Below are positions 35,968 through 45,152 of a stretch of 64,000 nucleotides of DNA, one piece after another. Positions within the stretch are counted from its first letter, which is position 1; the number at the start of each line of letters is the position of its first letter. The notes under the pieces are model-generated. The model worked only from the letters and a program-made list of their open reading frames with translations, was not told the DNA's origin and did no database searches. Origin of the DNA: a virus; IMG/VR virus record IMGVR_UViG_3300024319_000003, positions 32,001 through 96,000 of that record, one strand, 5' to 3'. A program made the translations under genes and the position numbers.

Positions 35968-36380
35968 AATTAAGAGATATTCTACTTAAAGAGGGTAATG
36001 AATCGTGCCCTGCTGCAACTCAAGATTTAATATTAAACACAAAAAATAGAGACTCAGCAATAAAAGCACCCCATATTCAATACGGTCCGTTAAATGTAAA
36101 CGAACCTGGTAATTACTGGAAAGAAATAGCAAAGTACTGGAATACAGAAGAAAAAGCAGCAAAAGGTACTAACTGTAGTAACTGCGTCGCTTTTGATATC
36201 TCCAAGAGGATGGATGAATGTATGCCTGGAGTTACATCTGATGAGGATGGAAGACTAGGTTACTGTTGGATGCATCATTTTAAATGTCATTCCGCAAGAA
36301 GCTGTAGAACTTGGGCTAAAGGAGGTCCAATTGAAAAAGATTCAATATCACAAGAGTGGCAAGAAAGAAATAAAAAGTAA
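35964..36380 (+). CDS. Cys-rich HiPIP-like protein, putative head cargo
   Basis: CSNCVAF...GYC....FKC...SCRTW; leader MKLRDILLKE. Confidence 0.55.
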   Translation: MKLRDILLKEGNESCPAATQDLILNTKNRDSAIKAPHIQYGPLNVNEPGNYWKEIAKYWNTEEKAAKGTNCSNCVAFDISKRMDECMPGVTSDEDGRLGYCWMHHFKCHSARSCRTWAKGGPIEKDSISQEWQERNKK

Positions 36381-36386
36381 TATAAT

Positions 36387-37556
36387 ATGATTAGATTAAC
36401 TGAAATAATAGGAAAACCATCACTTAAGTACCATATAGATAACAGTCTCTCTTTATATGAGAATGTCTACCGTTATTCTAGCGATAGCTTTATACAATTA
36501 TTTGCTGAAGCAAGAGACGCTTATAGAGACGGTAAAATTCAACTTAACGAAGAAGATTTAAAGTTAATAGAAACAACAGATATAGGGCTATATGGAGTAT
36601 ATGAAGGAATAAAAGTACCATTAGATTTACCTATGTTAGAAGAATCTAAATATGATAAGGAAGAAACTATTCAACAAACAATTGATAGATTAAAAGCGAG
36701 AATAGCCGACCCAAATGATGGAGGGAATGTGCCTTTTTTAACCCAAAAAATAAAAGATTTAGAAAAATCATTAGATGAATCATTTTCTCAAAAAGATTGG
36801 GATGTAAAATGGAAGTTGCCTAAAGACAATTTATTTAATGCAACTAAAACTATAAATGCAACTAATAATAGGTACAAAGCTATACGATCCTTACTAAAGG
36901 CAAAACCTACAGAATTAAAAGCCTTTGATGACACCGATAATCACCCAGCATACGATATGTCTTATGATGAGTTAATGAAATGGTTTAAAAACCTAAAAGA
37001 ACCAGTTAAAGAAGCTAAATCTATACCTGAGTATATTGTAACTAAAGACGATCACCGTAAATCAAAATTCCCTTTCCATAAACTAAGAAACAGTGAATTT
37101 AAAATTAAAATAGCTGGACAAGGTAGAGATCAGGACTACATGATTTTTTGGAAAGAAGGAGACATAGGATACTGGGAATGGGAAGCAGGTAATATGAAAA
37201 GACAGTTAAGAAGCGCTTTGCTGGCCATAGCTAAAAGAAAACTACCTATAAAAGGTCAATTAGATGAAGCAGAATACAAAGGTAAAGATGTACCTCTAAA
37301 TAAACCAAAACGTGGAGGTTCTAAAAAATTCTACGTATACACAAAGAATAAAAAAGGGAATGTTGTAAAAGTATCTTTCGGAGGTACAACAGGTTTAAAT
37401 GTTAAGATAGATGAACCTGGAGCAAGATCATCATTTGCTGCACGTCATAAATGTGCAACTAAAAAAGACAAAACAAAACCAGGATACTGGGCTTGTAATA
37501 TTGGACGTTATTGGAAATCATTAGGTGGAAAAAGAAACTTCTCAGGATATTGGTAG
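36387..37556 (+). CDS. mosaic multi-module protein, putative head cargo
   Basis: Modules separated by MLEE, LDE, VKE, LDE; C-terminal LNKP...KVSFG...FAARHKC...GYWAC domain. Confidence 0.6.
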   Translation: MIRLTEIIGKPSLKYHIDNSLSLYENVYRYSSDSFIQLFAEARDAYRDGKIQLNEEDLKLIETTDIGLYGVYEGIKVPLDLPMLEESKYDKEETIQQTIDRLKARIADPNDGGNVPFLTQKIKDLEKSLDESFSQKDWDVKWKLPKDNLFNATKTINATNNRYKAIRSLLKAKPTELKAFDDTDNHPAYDMSYDELMKWFKNLKEPVKEAKSIPEYIVTKDDHRKSKFPFHKLRNSEFKIKIAGQGRDQDYMIFWKEGDIGYWEWEAGNMKRQLRSALLAIAKRKLPIKGQLDEAEYKGKDVPLNKPKRGGSKKFYVYTKNKKGNVVKVSFGGTTGLNVKIDEPGARSSFAARHKCATKKDKTKPGYWACNIGRYWKSLGGKRNFSGYW

Positions 37557-37800
37557 ACCGTACTTAGATGACGGTGATATTAGATTCTTCAATCAAAACA
37601 CAGATGAAGATGAATTTGTTTGGCACAAAGACCGAGAGGATCGGTATGTTGTAGCAATGCATAAAACAGACTGGCAATTTCAATTTGATAATAACCTTCC
37701 CGTTTCTTTAGATGATAACAAGCTATTTATACCAAAGGAAGTGTACCACCGGCTAATAAAAGGCACAGGAGACTTAACCCTTAAAATAGAACGCAAATGA
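37525..37800 (+). CDS. cupin-like small protein
   Basis: WHKDREDR ... FIPKEVYHRLIKG. Confidence 0.65.
   Translation: MEKETSQDIGRPYLDDGDIRFFNQNTDEDEFVWHKDREDRYVVAMHKTDWQFQFDNNLPVSLDDNKLFIPKEVYHRLIKGTGDLTLKIERK
37724..37731 (+). promoter_or_regulatory. putative late promoter
   Basis: TATTTATA upstream of 37797. Confidence 0.5.
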
Positions 37801-38228
37801 AATTAACTAATATCATATTCGAAGGCTTTAGAGAAGACGCTTCAACTATAAACGGAAAAAAATACTCTGTTAACTGGCTAGGCACAGCTGATACTTTAGA
37901 AGATTTTAAAAAAGCAATAGATAGAATGCCTAGTACTATAAAATCTATAAGTATACCTACTAATACAACCATCTTTAAGACCAGCAAAGATACACAAACA
38001 ATTAAACCGGAAGGTTCTTGGAAAAGTGATGTTATCACAACAGTCGGTAAAGTAGTAAAAGCCCATATGGATAAAGGAGATGATTTAGAAGGTATAAGAA
38101 TTAACTCCTATTACGGAACTGGTCCTAAAGGATCTGACGACCATCCAATTTACATAAGTGTACTTACAAAACAAGCTCGTAAATTTGGAGATGATATGCA
38201 TTCCGGTAAACATGGTTCATTAGATTAA
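37797..38228 (+). CDS. hypothetical protein, putative head cargo
   Basis: Leader MKLTNIIFE. Confidence 0.6.
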   Translation: MKLTNIIFEGFREDASTINGKKYSVNWLGTADTLEDFKKAIDRMPSTIKSISIPTNTTIFKTSKDTQTIKPEGSWKSDVITTVGKVVKAHMDKGDDLEGIRINSYYGTGPKGSDDHPIYISVLTKQARKFGDDMHSGKHGSLD

Positions 38229-38233
38229 AAGAT

Positions 38234-38662
38234 ATGAGACTATCACACGTAATATTAGGAGAGATTCTTTACTACGATCCCGGGTTTGAAAAAGAAGTAG
38301 AGAAAGTAAAAGAACTTGGAGGGAAGTATCTAGGCTCAGGAGATTACGGCTCTGCATATCTTCTAAACGGTAGAGTTTATAAAGTAACAACTGATTCAAT
38401 AGAGTTAGAACATGCACATATACTTAAAGGTAAAAAAACAAATAACTTTGCTTTTATATACGATGTAGAAGAGATTAATGAAAAGTTAGGAATAATTCAA
38501 ATGGAAGTGCTAGGAGAATTTAAAGGAGATATTCCTGAAGAATGGATTGAAGCAACTGAAGCTGAAGCACAAAGGATGGGACTCGACCCAGAAGAACTAG
38601 ATATAAGACCATCAAATGTAATGGTAAATCAAAAAAATAAACTGAAATTAGTTGATATTTAG
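38234..38662 (+). CDS. minimal protein-kinase-like enzyme
   Basis: LGSGDYGSAY Gly loop, VYKVT Lys, helix-C Glu, QME hinge, DIRPSNVM catalytic loop, LVDI. Confidence 0.8.
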   Translation: MRLSHVILGEILYYDPGFEKEVEKVKELGGKYLGSGDYGSAYLLNGRVYKVTTDSIELEHAHILKGKKTNNFAFIYDVEEINEKLGIIQMEVLGEFKGDIPEEWIEATEAEAQRMGLDPEELDIRPSNVMVNQKNKLKLVDI

Positions 38663-38682
38663 AATTATTTTTCTTATATTAT
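38650..38682 (+). promoter_or_regulatory. early promoter
   Basis: AGTTG-N20-TATATTAT before primase. Confidence 0.75.
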
Positions 38683-38706
38683 AAGATAATAGTTACGGAC
38701 AACTAC

Positions 38707-39630
38707 ATGGAATATTCTTTTTTATTAGGTTCTATTGAAAACCTCTTGGGTAAATCTCATAAGAGAGCTAGAGGAAACCACGCTTTTCACTGTCCATTTT
38801 GCAACCATAGAAAACCCAAGTTAGAGATAAACATGGAAACTAACGAGGAGGGACATAACCCTTGGGAGTGCTGGGTATGTCAGACAAGAGGCCGTACTAT
38901 ACGCTCATTACTAAAACAGCTAAGAACACCAAAGGAAGAAGCAGCATTAGTTCTAAAGTACCTACCTAAAGGTTCAAATATAGAATATAAACAGCTATCT
39001 ATAGTAGAGCTACCAAAAGAGTATCAACTACTATATAAAGCATCAAACACATCAGTTGTAGCTAATATAGTTAAAAACTACCTATATGAACGAGGACTTA
39101 CCGACAATGATTTTATTAAATATAGTATTGGATACTGCACAACTGGTGAGTATGGAGGACGAGTTATTTTGCCAAGTTATACTGAGTCCAATAGGCTCAA
39201 CTATTTTGTTGGAAGAAGCTATGATGGAAACTTCTTTAAATACAAAAATCCTGAAGTTTCTAAAGACATAATATTTTACGAAAACCTTATTAACTGGAAT
39301 GCTCCAATCATACTATGTGAAGGAGTGTTTGATGCAATGGCAATTAAAAGAAACGCCATACCGCTTCTTGGTAAAAGTGTATCAACTGAACTATATAAAA
39401 AAATAATAACAAGCCGTCTTACAGACATATATATCGCATTAGACGAAGATGCTCAAGACGCAGCTTTAAAAATAGCTGAAAAATTTATAGCAGCAGGATT
39501 TAAAGTTTATTTAATAGAGCTAAAAGGTAAAGACCCATCACAGTTAGGGTTTAAAAACTTTACTAAATTAGTACAGAACGCAGCAGAACTAGACTTTTCT
39601 AAAATAATGCTGCAAAAATTAAACCTATGA
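38707..39630 (+). CDS. DNA primase (Zn finger + TOPRIM)
   Basis: CPFC...WECWVC, YLYERG, CEGVFDA, ALDEDA, KDP. Confidence 0.9.
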   Translation: MEYSFLLGSIENLLGKSHKRARGNHAFHCPFCNHRKPKLEINMETNEEGHNPWECWVCQTRGRTIRSLLKQLRTPKEEAALVLKYLPKGSNIEYKQLSIVELPKEYQLLYKASNTSVVANIVKNYLYERGLTDNDFIKYSIGYCTTGEYGGRVILPSYTESNRLNYFVGRSYDGNFFKYKNPEVSKDIIFYENLINWNAPIILCEGVFDAMAIKRNAIPLLGKSVSTELYKKIITSRLTDIYIALDEDAQDAALKIAEKFIAAGFKVYLIELKGKDPSQLGFKNFTKLVQNAAELDFSKIMLQKLNL

Positions 39631-40409
39631 TAAAGCAAGGAATGAATATTCTTGAACAGAATGAAAAGAAAAGATTAGATTTTAATCCCCAACTAAAGCA
39701 GATTAATTTCTTAGATAGAAGAGTTTATAAGAGAGGCGAAGGAGTATATTACCCGTCCGTAACAACCATACTTCAGTATATGCCCAAAAACAAATTTTTT
39801 GAGTCTTGGCTCAAGGATGTTGGGCATAACGCCGATCTTATTATGAGACGAGCAGGAAAACAAGGAACACAGGTACATGAAGCATGTGAACAATTAGTTC
39901 TAGGTAAAGAAGTTACCTGGATGGATGATTACGGCAATGCAAAATACTCTCAAATAGTTTGGGAAATGATATTAAAGTTTGCTGATTTCTGGAGAACACA
40001 TAAGCCGGAATTAATATCTGCTGAAGATTTTGTATGGTCAGATGAACACAAATATGCAGGAACAGCAGACTTGGTAGTAAAGATGCACGGAGAAATATGG
40101 CTACTGGATATTAAAACATCCAATTCAGTCCACAAGTCTTTTGATTTACAGCTTTCAGCTTATGCAAAAGGTTTAGAAGAAGCAAAAGGAATAAAAATAC
40201 AACGTACAGGGATAATATGGTTAAAAGCTCATTCTAGAGGTCCATCAAAACAGAAAAACGTAATACAAGGTAAAGGGTGGAAAGTATTACAAATAGATGA
40301 AATAGAGGAAAATTTTGAATTGTTTAAAATGATATATAAACTATATTCATTAGAGAACCCTAATACAGAACCTATTTATAATAGTTACCCTACAACTCTA
40401 AAATTATAA
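39627..40409 (+). CDS. PD-(D/E)XK exonuclease
   Basis: YPSVTTIL, GTQVH, YAGTADL, LLDIKTS, QLSAYA. Confidence 0.88.
   Translation: MIKQGMNILEQNEKKRLDFNPQLKQINFLDRRVYKRGEGVYYPSVTTILQYMPKNKFFESWLKDVGHNADLIMRRAGKQGTQVHEACEQLVLGKEVTWMDDYGNAKYSQIVWEMILKFADFWRTHKPELISAEDFVWSDEHKYAGTADLVVKMHGEIWLLDIKTSNSVHKSFDLQLSAYAKGLEEAKGIKIQRTGIIWLKAHSRGPSKQKNVIQGKGWKVLQIDEIEENFELFKMIYKLYSLENPNTEPIYNSYPTTLKL
40373..40380 (+). promoter_or_regulatory. putative late promoter
   Basis: TATTTATA upstream of 40413. Confidence 0.55.
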
Positions 40410-40412
40410 TGT

Positions 40413-41249
40413 ATGAAAAAGTTATTATTTTTACTAGTATTATTAACAGGATGCTCTTCTTTACAGGTAAGCACCTTAAATCACGATCCTAACTATAGCA
40501 TACAAGGATCAGATGCAGAAATAATAGTAATAGATAATGAGTTTGAACTTCAACGACTATTAAGAACAGATTTTAATTTTAGATTTGACTTTGCTCAATA
40601 TGCGTTAAGTCAACCCATATCATTTGATTGGAATAATCGTATTCTAGGTAACAGGTACAATAGGTATAATCCATACTACGGGTTAGGTTATAGTCCCTAT
40701 TGGAACAGAACTCAAATGTGGAACGATTGGGCATGGGGTATCACACCTCATAGATGGTCACCATTTGGATACGACAGATGGGGGTATAATAACTACGGTT
40801 GGAATAACTACTACGGATGGCACAATTGGAACTATTATCCTAATTATAATAGAGGATGGAATGCAACATACATGTACGGTAGAAGAAGTGTTAATATAGT
40901 TCCTTCAGGTAGAAGATTAAGACAAACTACAAGAAGAACTCAAACAGTAGACGAGATTGCAGATATAATTAAACTAGAAGTAAGAAACCGAAGAACAAAT
41001 AACACGACAGATGATAAAATTATCAACACTAATACTAGAGGACAGATCCGCACCCAAAGCAATAATAATGGCGGGAGGAGCAGGATCAGGGAAAACGTAC
41101 CTACTCAACCAATTAGGACTAGACAGCCTAGTACAATTCAACCCAGACAAGTACGTGGAGGACAAAGACCACCCGTATTACAACAAACTAGGACCAGCAG
41201 CCAATCAAACGTCCAAAGACGCAATGGCAGCAGCAGAAGAAAAAACTAG
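40413..41249 (+). CDS. lipoprotein with W/Y/N/G-rich and Arg-rich low-complexity tail
   Basis: MKKLLFLLVLLTGC lipobox; overlaps next gene by 239 nt. Confidence 0.65.
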   Translation: MKKLLFLLVLLTGCSSLQVSTLNHDPNYSIQGSDAEIIVIDNEFELQRLLRTDFNFRFDFAQYALSQPISFDWNNRILGNRYNRYNPYYGLGYSPYWNRTQMWNDWAWGITPHRWSPFGYDRWGYNNYGWNNYYGWHNWNYYPNYNRGWNATYMYGRRSVNIVPSGRRLRQTTRRTQTVDEIADIIKLEVRNRRTNNTTDDKIINTNTRGQIRTQSNNNGGRSRIRENVPTQPIRTRQPSTIQPRQVRGGQRPPVLQQTRTSSQSNVQRRNGSSRRKN

Positions 41250-41952
41250 CTTTGTTTGGGATACTACTGCATCCGGAGCAGGCTTCCAAAAAAATCTAGA
41301 TAAATTACTTGCAACAGGCTACCAGGTCTATATGGTTATGGTGTATGCTCACCCTATGATTTCTTACGTTTCTAACTTTATGGCTAGGGAAAGAAATATT
41401 CCTGGCGATTCTGTATTTGCTACCTGGAGAAATGTGTATACTAAAATAGAAGACTTTAACAGACAGTTAAAAGGTAACTTATCTATCTTTGTAAGTGATA
41501 GAGGCGGTAAATATAAAAAAGAAGTTGAAGGATTTGATAAAGCTGCTAAAAGTGGCTTAAGTGGAGTAAAAGATTATTTAGAGAAATTTAATCAAGATAA
41601 TAATGTCGGCGGCTCTTCCTTCTTTGTACCAGTAGAGATGACACCTGAAGAAGAGCAACAATTTATAAAAGATGTTGGTAGTATAGATTGGGATAAAGAA
41701 AATAGATCAGAAGACAAAGCAATTAAAACTGCATTTCTAAAAGCTTACAGAAAGAACGGAGCAGGCCCAGGACAGGATAAGCTTAAAGCAGCAGTTCAAA
41801 AGTATAGAGACAGCAATATAAAAAGAAAAGGAAAAGCAGATGAAGTTCTAGATAATATTGTAGATATGATATACAATCCAACATTTCAAGAAAAATTAAA
41901 TCACTCCTCAGTAGGAGAAATAGACTCTAAAGTACAATCATTTTTAGCATGA
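41011..41952 (+). CDS. zeta-toxin-like P-loop kinase, putative head cargo
   Basis: MAGGAGSGKT, FNPDKY, VWDTT, N..RER; leader MIKLSTLILE. Confidence 0.8.
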   Translation: MIKLSTLILEDRSAPKAIIMAGGAGSGKTYLLNQLGLDSLVQFNPDKYVEDKDHPYYNKLGPAANQTSKDAMAAAEEKTSFVWDTTASGAGFQKNLDKLLATGYQVYMVMVYAHPMISYVSNFMARERNIPGDSVFATWRNVYTKIEDFNRQLKGNLSIFVSDRGGKYKKEVEGFDKAAKSGLSGVKDYLEKFNQDNNVGGSSFFVPVEMTPEEEQQFIKDVGSIDWDKENRSEDKAIKTAFLKAYRKNGAGPGQDKLKAAVQKYRDSNIKRKGKADEVLDNIVDMIYNPTFQEKLNHSSVGEIDSKVQSFLA

Positions 41953-43517
41953 TAGCATTATACCCAGGCGCATATAAACCTCCTCATAGAGGACATTACA
42001 ACGTAGTAAAGTCATTATTAGACGGCTCATATAACGGTTCAATATATAATAAAGATAATTACAAAGAAACTGGTGCTTCACTTCTAGGTGGCAGCAACGG
42101 TGAAAAACCGAATATAGACAAGGTTATAGTTTTCGTAGGAGCAGGTGAGAGAAACGGTATATCTAAAGATGAATCAATGTCTATATGGAATACTTATGCT
42201 AAATACTTAGGTAATGTTGAGATAAAAGACGGAGGGAGCAACCCAATGTTTGCAGCCAAAGATTATGCACAAGCTAACCCTGAACAAGAATTCGCATCAG
42301 TAACAGGAATAAGAGGTGAGAAAGATTTTGTAGATTTAAGGAGAGTTACTACTTATAAAAACGCTCCCAATGTTAAAGGATTAGCACTCGCAGCAAAACC
42401 TGGGTCAACAATTAGAGCAACAGATTTTAGAAACAATATACTATCGGGTAACTTAGATAAGATTTTAGATTTTTTCCCTAAAGAGTTATCTAGAGAAGAA
42501 ATACTATCAATACTTACAGGTTTGAAAGATAAAATAGTAGCAGAAGTAATAAGCTCAAGTCTCAGCGGAATTATAGATGAATATTTTGCTCTTAACGAAA
42601 ATAACGAAGTAGAACAATTAGAGGTAGAAATAAATGAAGAAGCAGGTAAGAAACTAGAATTAAAAGATTATATAACATCTTTGACTGAATATATGTTAGA
42701 CCGTAAAATGAACATATTACCTTTACCGGAAATAAAAATTAAAAGGGACCCAATAGAAGCAAGTAACTTTTTCGGCAGAACTGCATATTACAGTCCATCA
42801 TTAAAAGAGATAGTACTTTTCGCAGAAGGAAGACACGATAAAGATATCGTTAGATCTTTTGCTCACGAAATGATTCACCATATTCAGAACATAGAAGGTA
42901 GGTTAGGGCGTATAGGTACTTCAAATACAAATGAAGATGAGTACTTAATGGAGATAGAAAAAGAAGCGTACCTATTAGGCAACATAACTTTCCGTAACTG
43001 GGAGGATAGTTTAAAAGGTTTAGAAGAAGGTCTCTGGGCTAATATTAATGCTAAGAAAAAGAAAGGAAAGAAAGCTTCTCATAAAAACTCAAAAGCGTAT
43101 AAAGCTGCTAAAAAAGCAGGAGACTCTTTAGAAAAGACTAAAAAGGAATCAATTGTAGGTGAAAATATTACAAAAACAGAATTAAACGCAATAGAAAAAT
43201 ACGCAGATAAACTTTTTATAAAGTTAGGGATAGATATAGAGTTTACAAAACACTTTTTGGACAGAGCTAACGATGACCGGAACGGTAAAACAATAACAGT
43301 ACCAGAACTAATTGGTATGTTTAAGAGGTTACATAGAAAACATGGTAAACCTCTTTCAAGATTAGATACGGATATTAACGCAGTAGTAAAAGATTTCAAC
43401 AATGATATTAACGTTCCTTTTGCAATTGATGTTACAGATGATGGTATAGATATGTACGCAAAGACTATAATGAGAAAGAAAGACTTCAAAACATCTACAC
43501 CGGTTTACACTATATAG
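41949..43517 (+). CDS. HIGH-motif nucleotidyltransferase fused to HEXXH module and further modules
   Basis: LYPGAYKPPHRGH, IRATDFR; FAHEMIHH..E; C-terminal FTKHFLDR domain. Confidence 0.8.
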   Translation: MIALYPGAYKPPHRGHYNVVKSLLDGSYNGSIYNKDNYKETGASLLGGSNGEKPNIDKVIVFVGAGERNGISKDESMSIWNTYAKYLGNVEIKDGGSNPMFAAKDYAQANPEQEFASVTGIRGEKDFVDLRRVTTYKNAPNVKGLALAAKPGSTIRATDFRNNILSGNLDKILDFFPKELSREEILSILTGLKDKIVAEVISSSLSGIIDEYFALNENNEVEQLEVEINEEAGKKLELKDYITSLTEYMLDRKMNILPLPEIKIKRDPIEASNFFGRTAYYSPSLKEIVLFAEGRHDKDIVRSFAHEMIHHIQNIEGRLGRIGTSNTNEDEYLMEIEKEAYLLGNITFRNWEDSLKGLEEGLWANINAKKKKGKKASHKNSKAYKAAKKAGDSLEKTKKESIVGENITKTELNAIEKYADKLFIKLGIDIEFTKHFLDRANDDRNGKTITVPELIGMFKRLHRKHGKPLSRLDTDINAVVKDFNNDINVPFAIDVTDDGIDMYAKTIMRKKDFKTSTPVYTI

Positions 43518-43531
43518 AAATAACAGTAAAC

Positions 43532-43564
43532 AGTTGGTAGTTAGAAAAAAAATTCGTATATTAA
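43532..43564 (+). promoter_or_regulatory. early promoter
   Basis: AGTTG-N20-TATATTAA plus AAAGGTT-ATG. Confidence 0.8.
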
Positions 43565-43593
43565 GAAAGAATAGTATAAACTAAAAAAAGGTT

Positions 43594-44184
43594 ATGAATA
43601 CAAGTATAATAGATTTATTAGATGCACACCCACCAACAGTAGCAGAAAAAACATCAAAGTATAAGATATATTGCGATATGGACGGAGTATTAACAGACTT
43701 CGAAAAAAGATTCTTTGATAAAGTAAATGAGGTTGGTCCTGATCACTACCCACTTAAGGACATAAAAAAAGTAATTAAGCCAAAAGATTTTGAGGCAATA
43801 TTCGGCATGACTGAATTCTGGAAATTTATAGACCAAATAGTTGGTGTATCATTCTGGGTAGGAATGGACTGGATGCCAAGAGGAAAAGAACTCTGGAGCT
43901 TTATATCTAAATACAATCCATCGCTTCTTACTTCACCATCAAGAGATAACACATCCAGATTAGGTAAAAACCTCTGGGTTAAGAATCAACTTACTCCAAA
44001 ACCTAAAGTAATATTTGCATACTCAGCATATAAACAAAACTATGCTAACCCTAATGCTATACTCATTGATGATAAAAAGTCAAACATAGAAGAGTGGAGA
44101 GCAAAAGGCGGTATAGCGTTTAGAGTTAAAGGAGGAGACATAACAGAAGCACTAAACGGTCTTAAAGAGTTAGGATATGAGTAA
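43594..44184 (+). CDS. HAD-family 5'(3')-deoxyribonucleotidase
   Basis: IYCDMDGVLTDF, LTSP, K, ILIDD. Confidence 0.88.
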   Translation: MNTSIIDLLDAHPPTVAEKTSKYKIYCDMDGVLTDFEKRFFDKVNEVGPDHYPLKDIKKVIKPKDFEAIFGMTEFWKFIDQIVGVSFWVGMDWMPRGKELWSFISKYNPSLLTSPSRDNTSRLGKNLWVKNQLTPKPKVIFAYSAYKQNYANPNAILIDDKKSNIEEWRAKGGIAFRVKGGDITEALNGLKELGYE

Positions 44185-44752
44185 TAAACTAAAAAAAGAG
44201 TTTAAAAAAGCTGATGTAGAGCGCATGAGAAATCTTATTAAAAAAGATTATACTGCATCTACTAAGTCACAGATAGGGTATAAAAAAACATACACAGTAC
44301 ATAAAGAAGGTGAAGTTTGGGAAGAAAATGGAAAACAATGGGTAATAAAGAACGGGATAAAACAAAACGTTACCAAGTTTGACGCAGCAAAAAAAGCAAT
44401 GCAGACTCCTCTTACCTGTCCTAAATGCAGCGGACCAATGAATTACTACCTGAGTAAAGAGACATATAAGAAATCAAAAATGTGTTTTAACTGTTATATG
44501 ACATATACGGAAGAGCTCAGGAAAAACGGATTATTTGAAGACTACATTAGAAGTGTTAACAAGGGTAATATTAAATACTTTATCAAAGCATTTGAGCAAA
44601 AAATTGAGCATATAAACAACTCATCTAAGCAAACATTTGTAACAGAGCAAGGAGATATAGAGGACTGGAAAAGTAATGAAACGGAAACAAAAAGAAAAAT
44701 TACTAAAGAATTACAGGAGTATATAGAATTTTTAAAACTTAAGCTAGAATAG
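44177..44752 (+). CDS. Zn-ribbon hypothetical protein
   Basis: CPKC...CFNC; GEVWEE.GKQW. Confidence 0.7.
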   Translation: MSNKLKKEFKKADVERMRNLIKKDYTASTKSQIGYKKTYTVHKEGEVWEENGKQWVIKNGIKQNVTKFDAAKKAMQTPLTCPKCSGPMNYYLSKETYKKSKMCFNCYMTYTEELRKNGLFEDYIRSVNKGNIKYFIKAFEQKIEHINNSSKQTFVTEQGDIEDWKSNETETKRKITKELQEYIEFLKLKLE

Positions 44753-44756
44753 ACTA

Positions 44757-44764
44757 TATTTATA
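44757..44764 (+). promoter_or_regulatory. putative late promoter
   Basis: Intergenic TATTTATA. Confidence 0.6.
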
Positions 44765-44795
44765 AGATATATATACAAATTCTAGCATAGTTAAT

Positions 44796-45152
44796 ATGAC
44801 ACAAAAAGATTTACTTGAATCAGTACTTAAAGAATTAGTTCACATAAAAAAGCATATGCCTAACGGTGAACTAAAAATTATGCTGAAAGACGTTAAAGGA
44901 CTGAAAGATGATATGTCGGATCTCAAGTATACATTACTAAACCCAGAAGACGGTACTATAGTTAAAACCAATCAAAACTCAGCTTTCCGTAAAAGGATGG
45001 AAGATAATGAAAAAGATTTTTTCAATAAACTTCAAGAAATACAAGATTTAAAAAAATGGAAAGATAGTGTACAGAAAGCTCTTTGGATTATATTTACAGT
45101 TCTCGCTGGTGTAGTAATTAAACTATTATCAGAAGTAATACGTATACAGTAA
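44796..45152 (+). CDS. coiled-coil protein with C-terminal TM (possible lysis protein)
   Basis: ALWIIFTVLAGVVI after coiled coil; late promoter. Confidence 0.55.
   Translation: MTQKDLLESVLKELVHIKKHMPNGELKIMLKDVKGLKDDMSDLKYTLLNPEDGTIVKTNQNSAFRKRMEDNEKDFFNKLQEIQDLKKWKDSVQKALWIIFTVLAGVVIKLLSEVIRIQ

Noticed and set aside
39627-40409. Cas4 as evidence of a CRISPR system
   Set aside because: Lacks the Fe-S cysteines; an ordinary phage exonuclease coupled to primase
41011-41952. Classical epsilon-zeta toxin-antitoxin pair
   Set aside because: No small antitoxin-like gene adjacent; the neighbours are a lipoprotein and a nucleotidyltransferase
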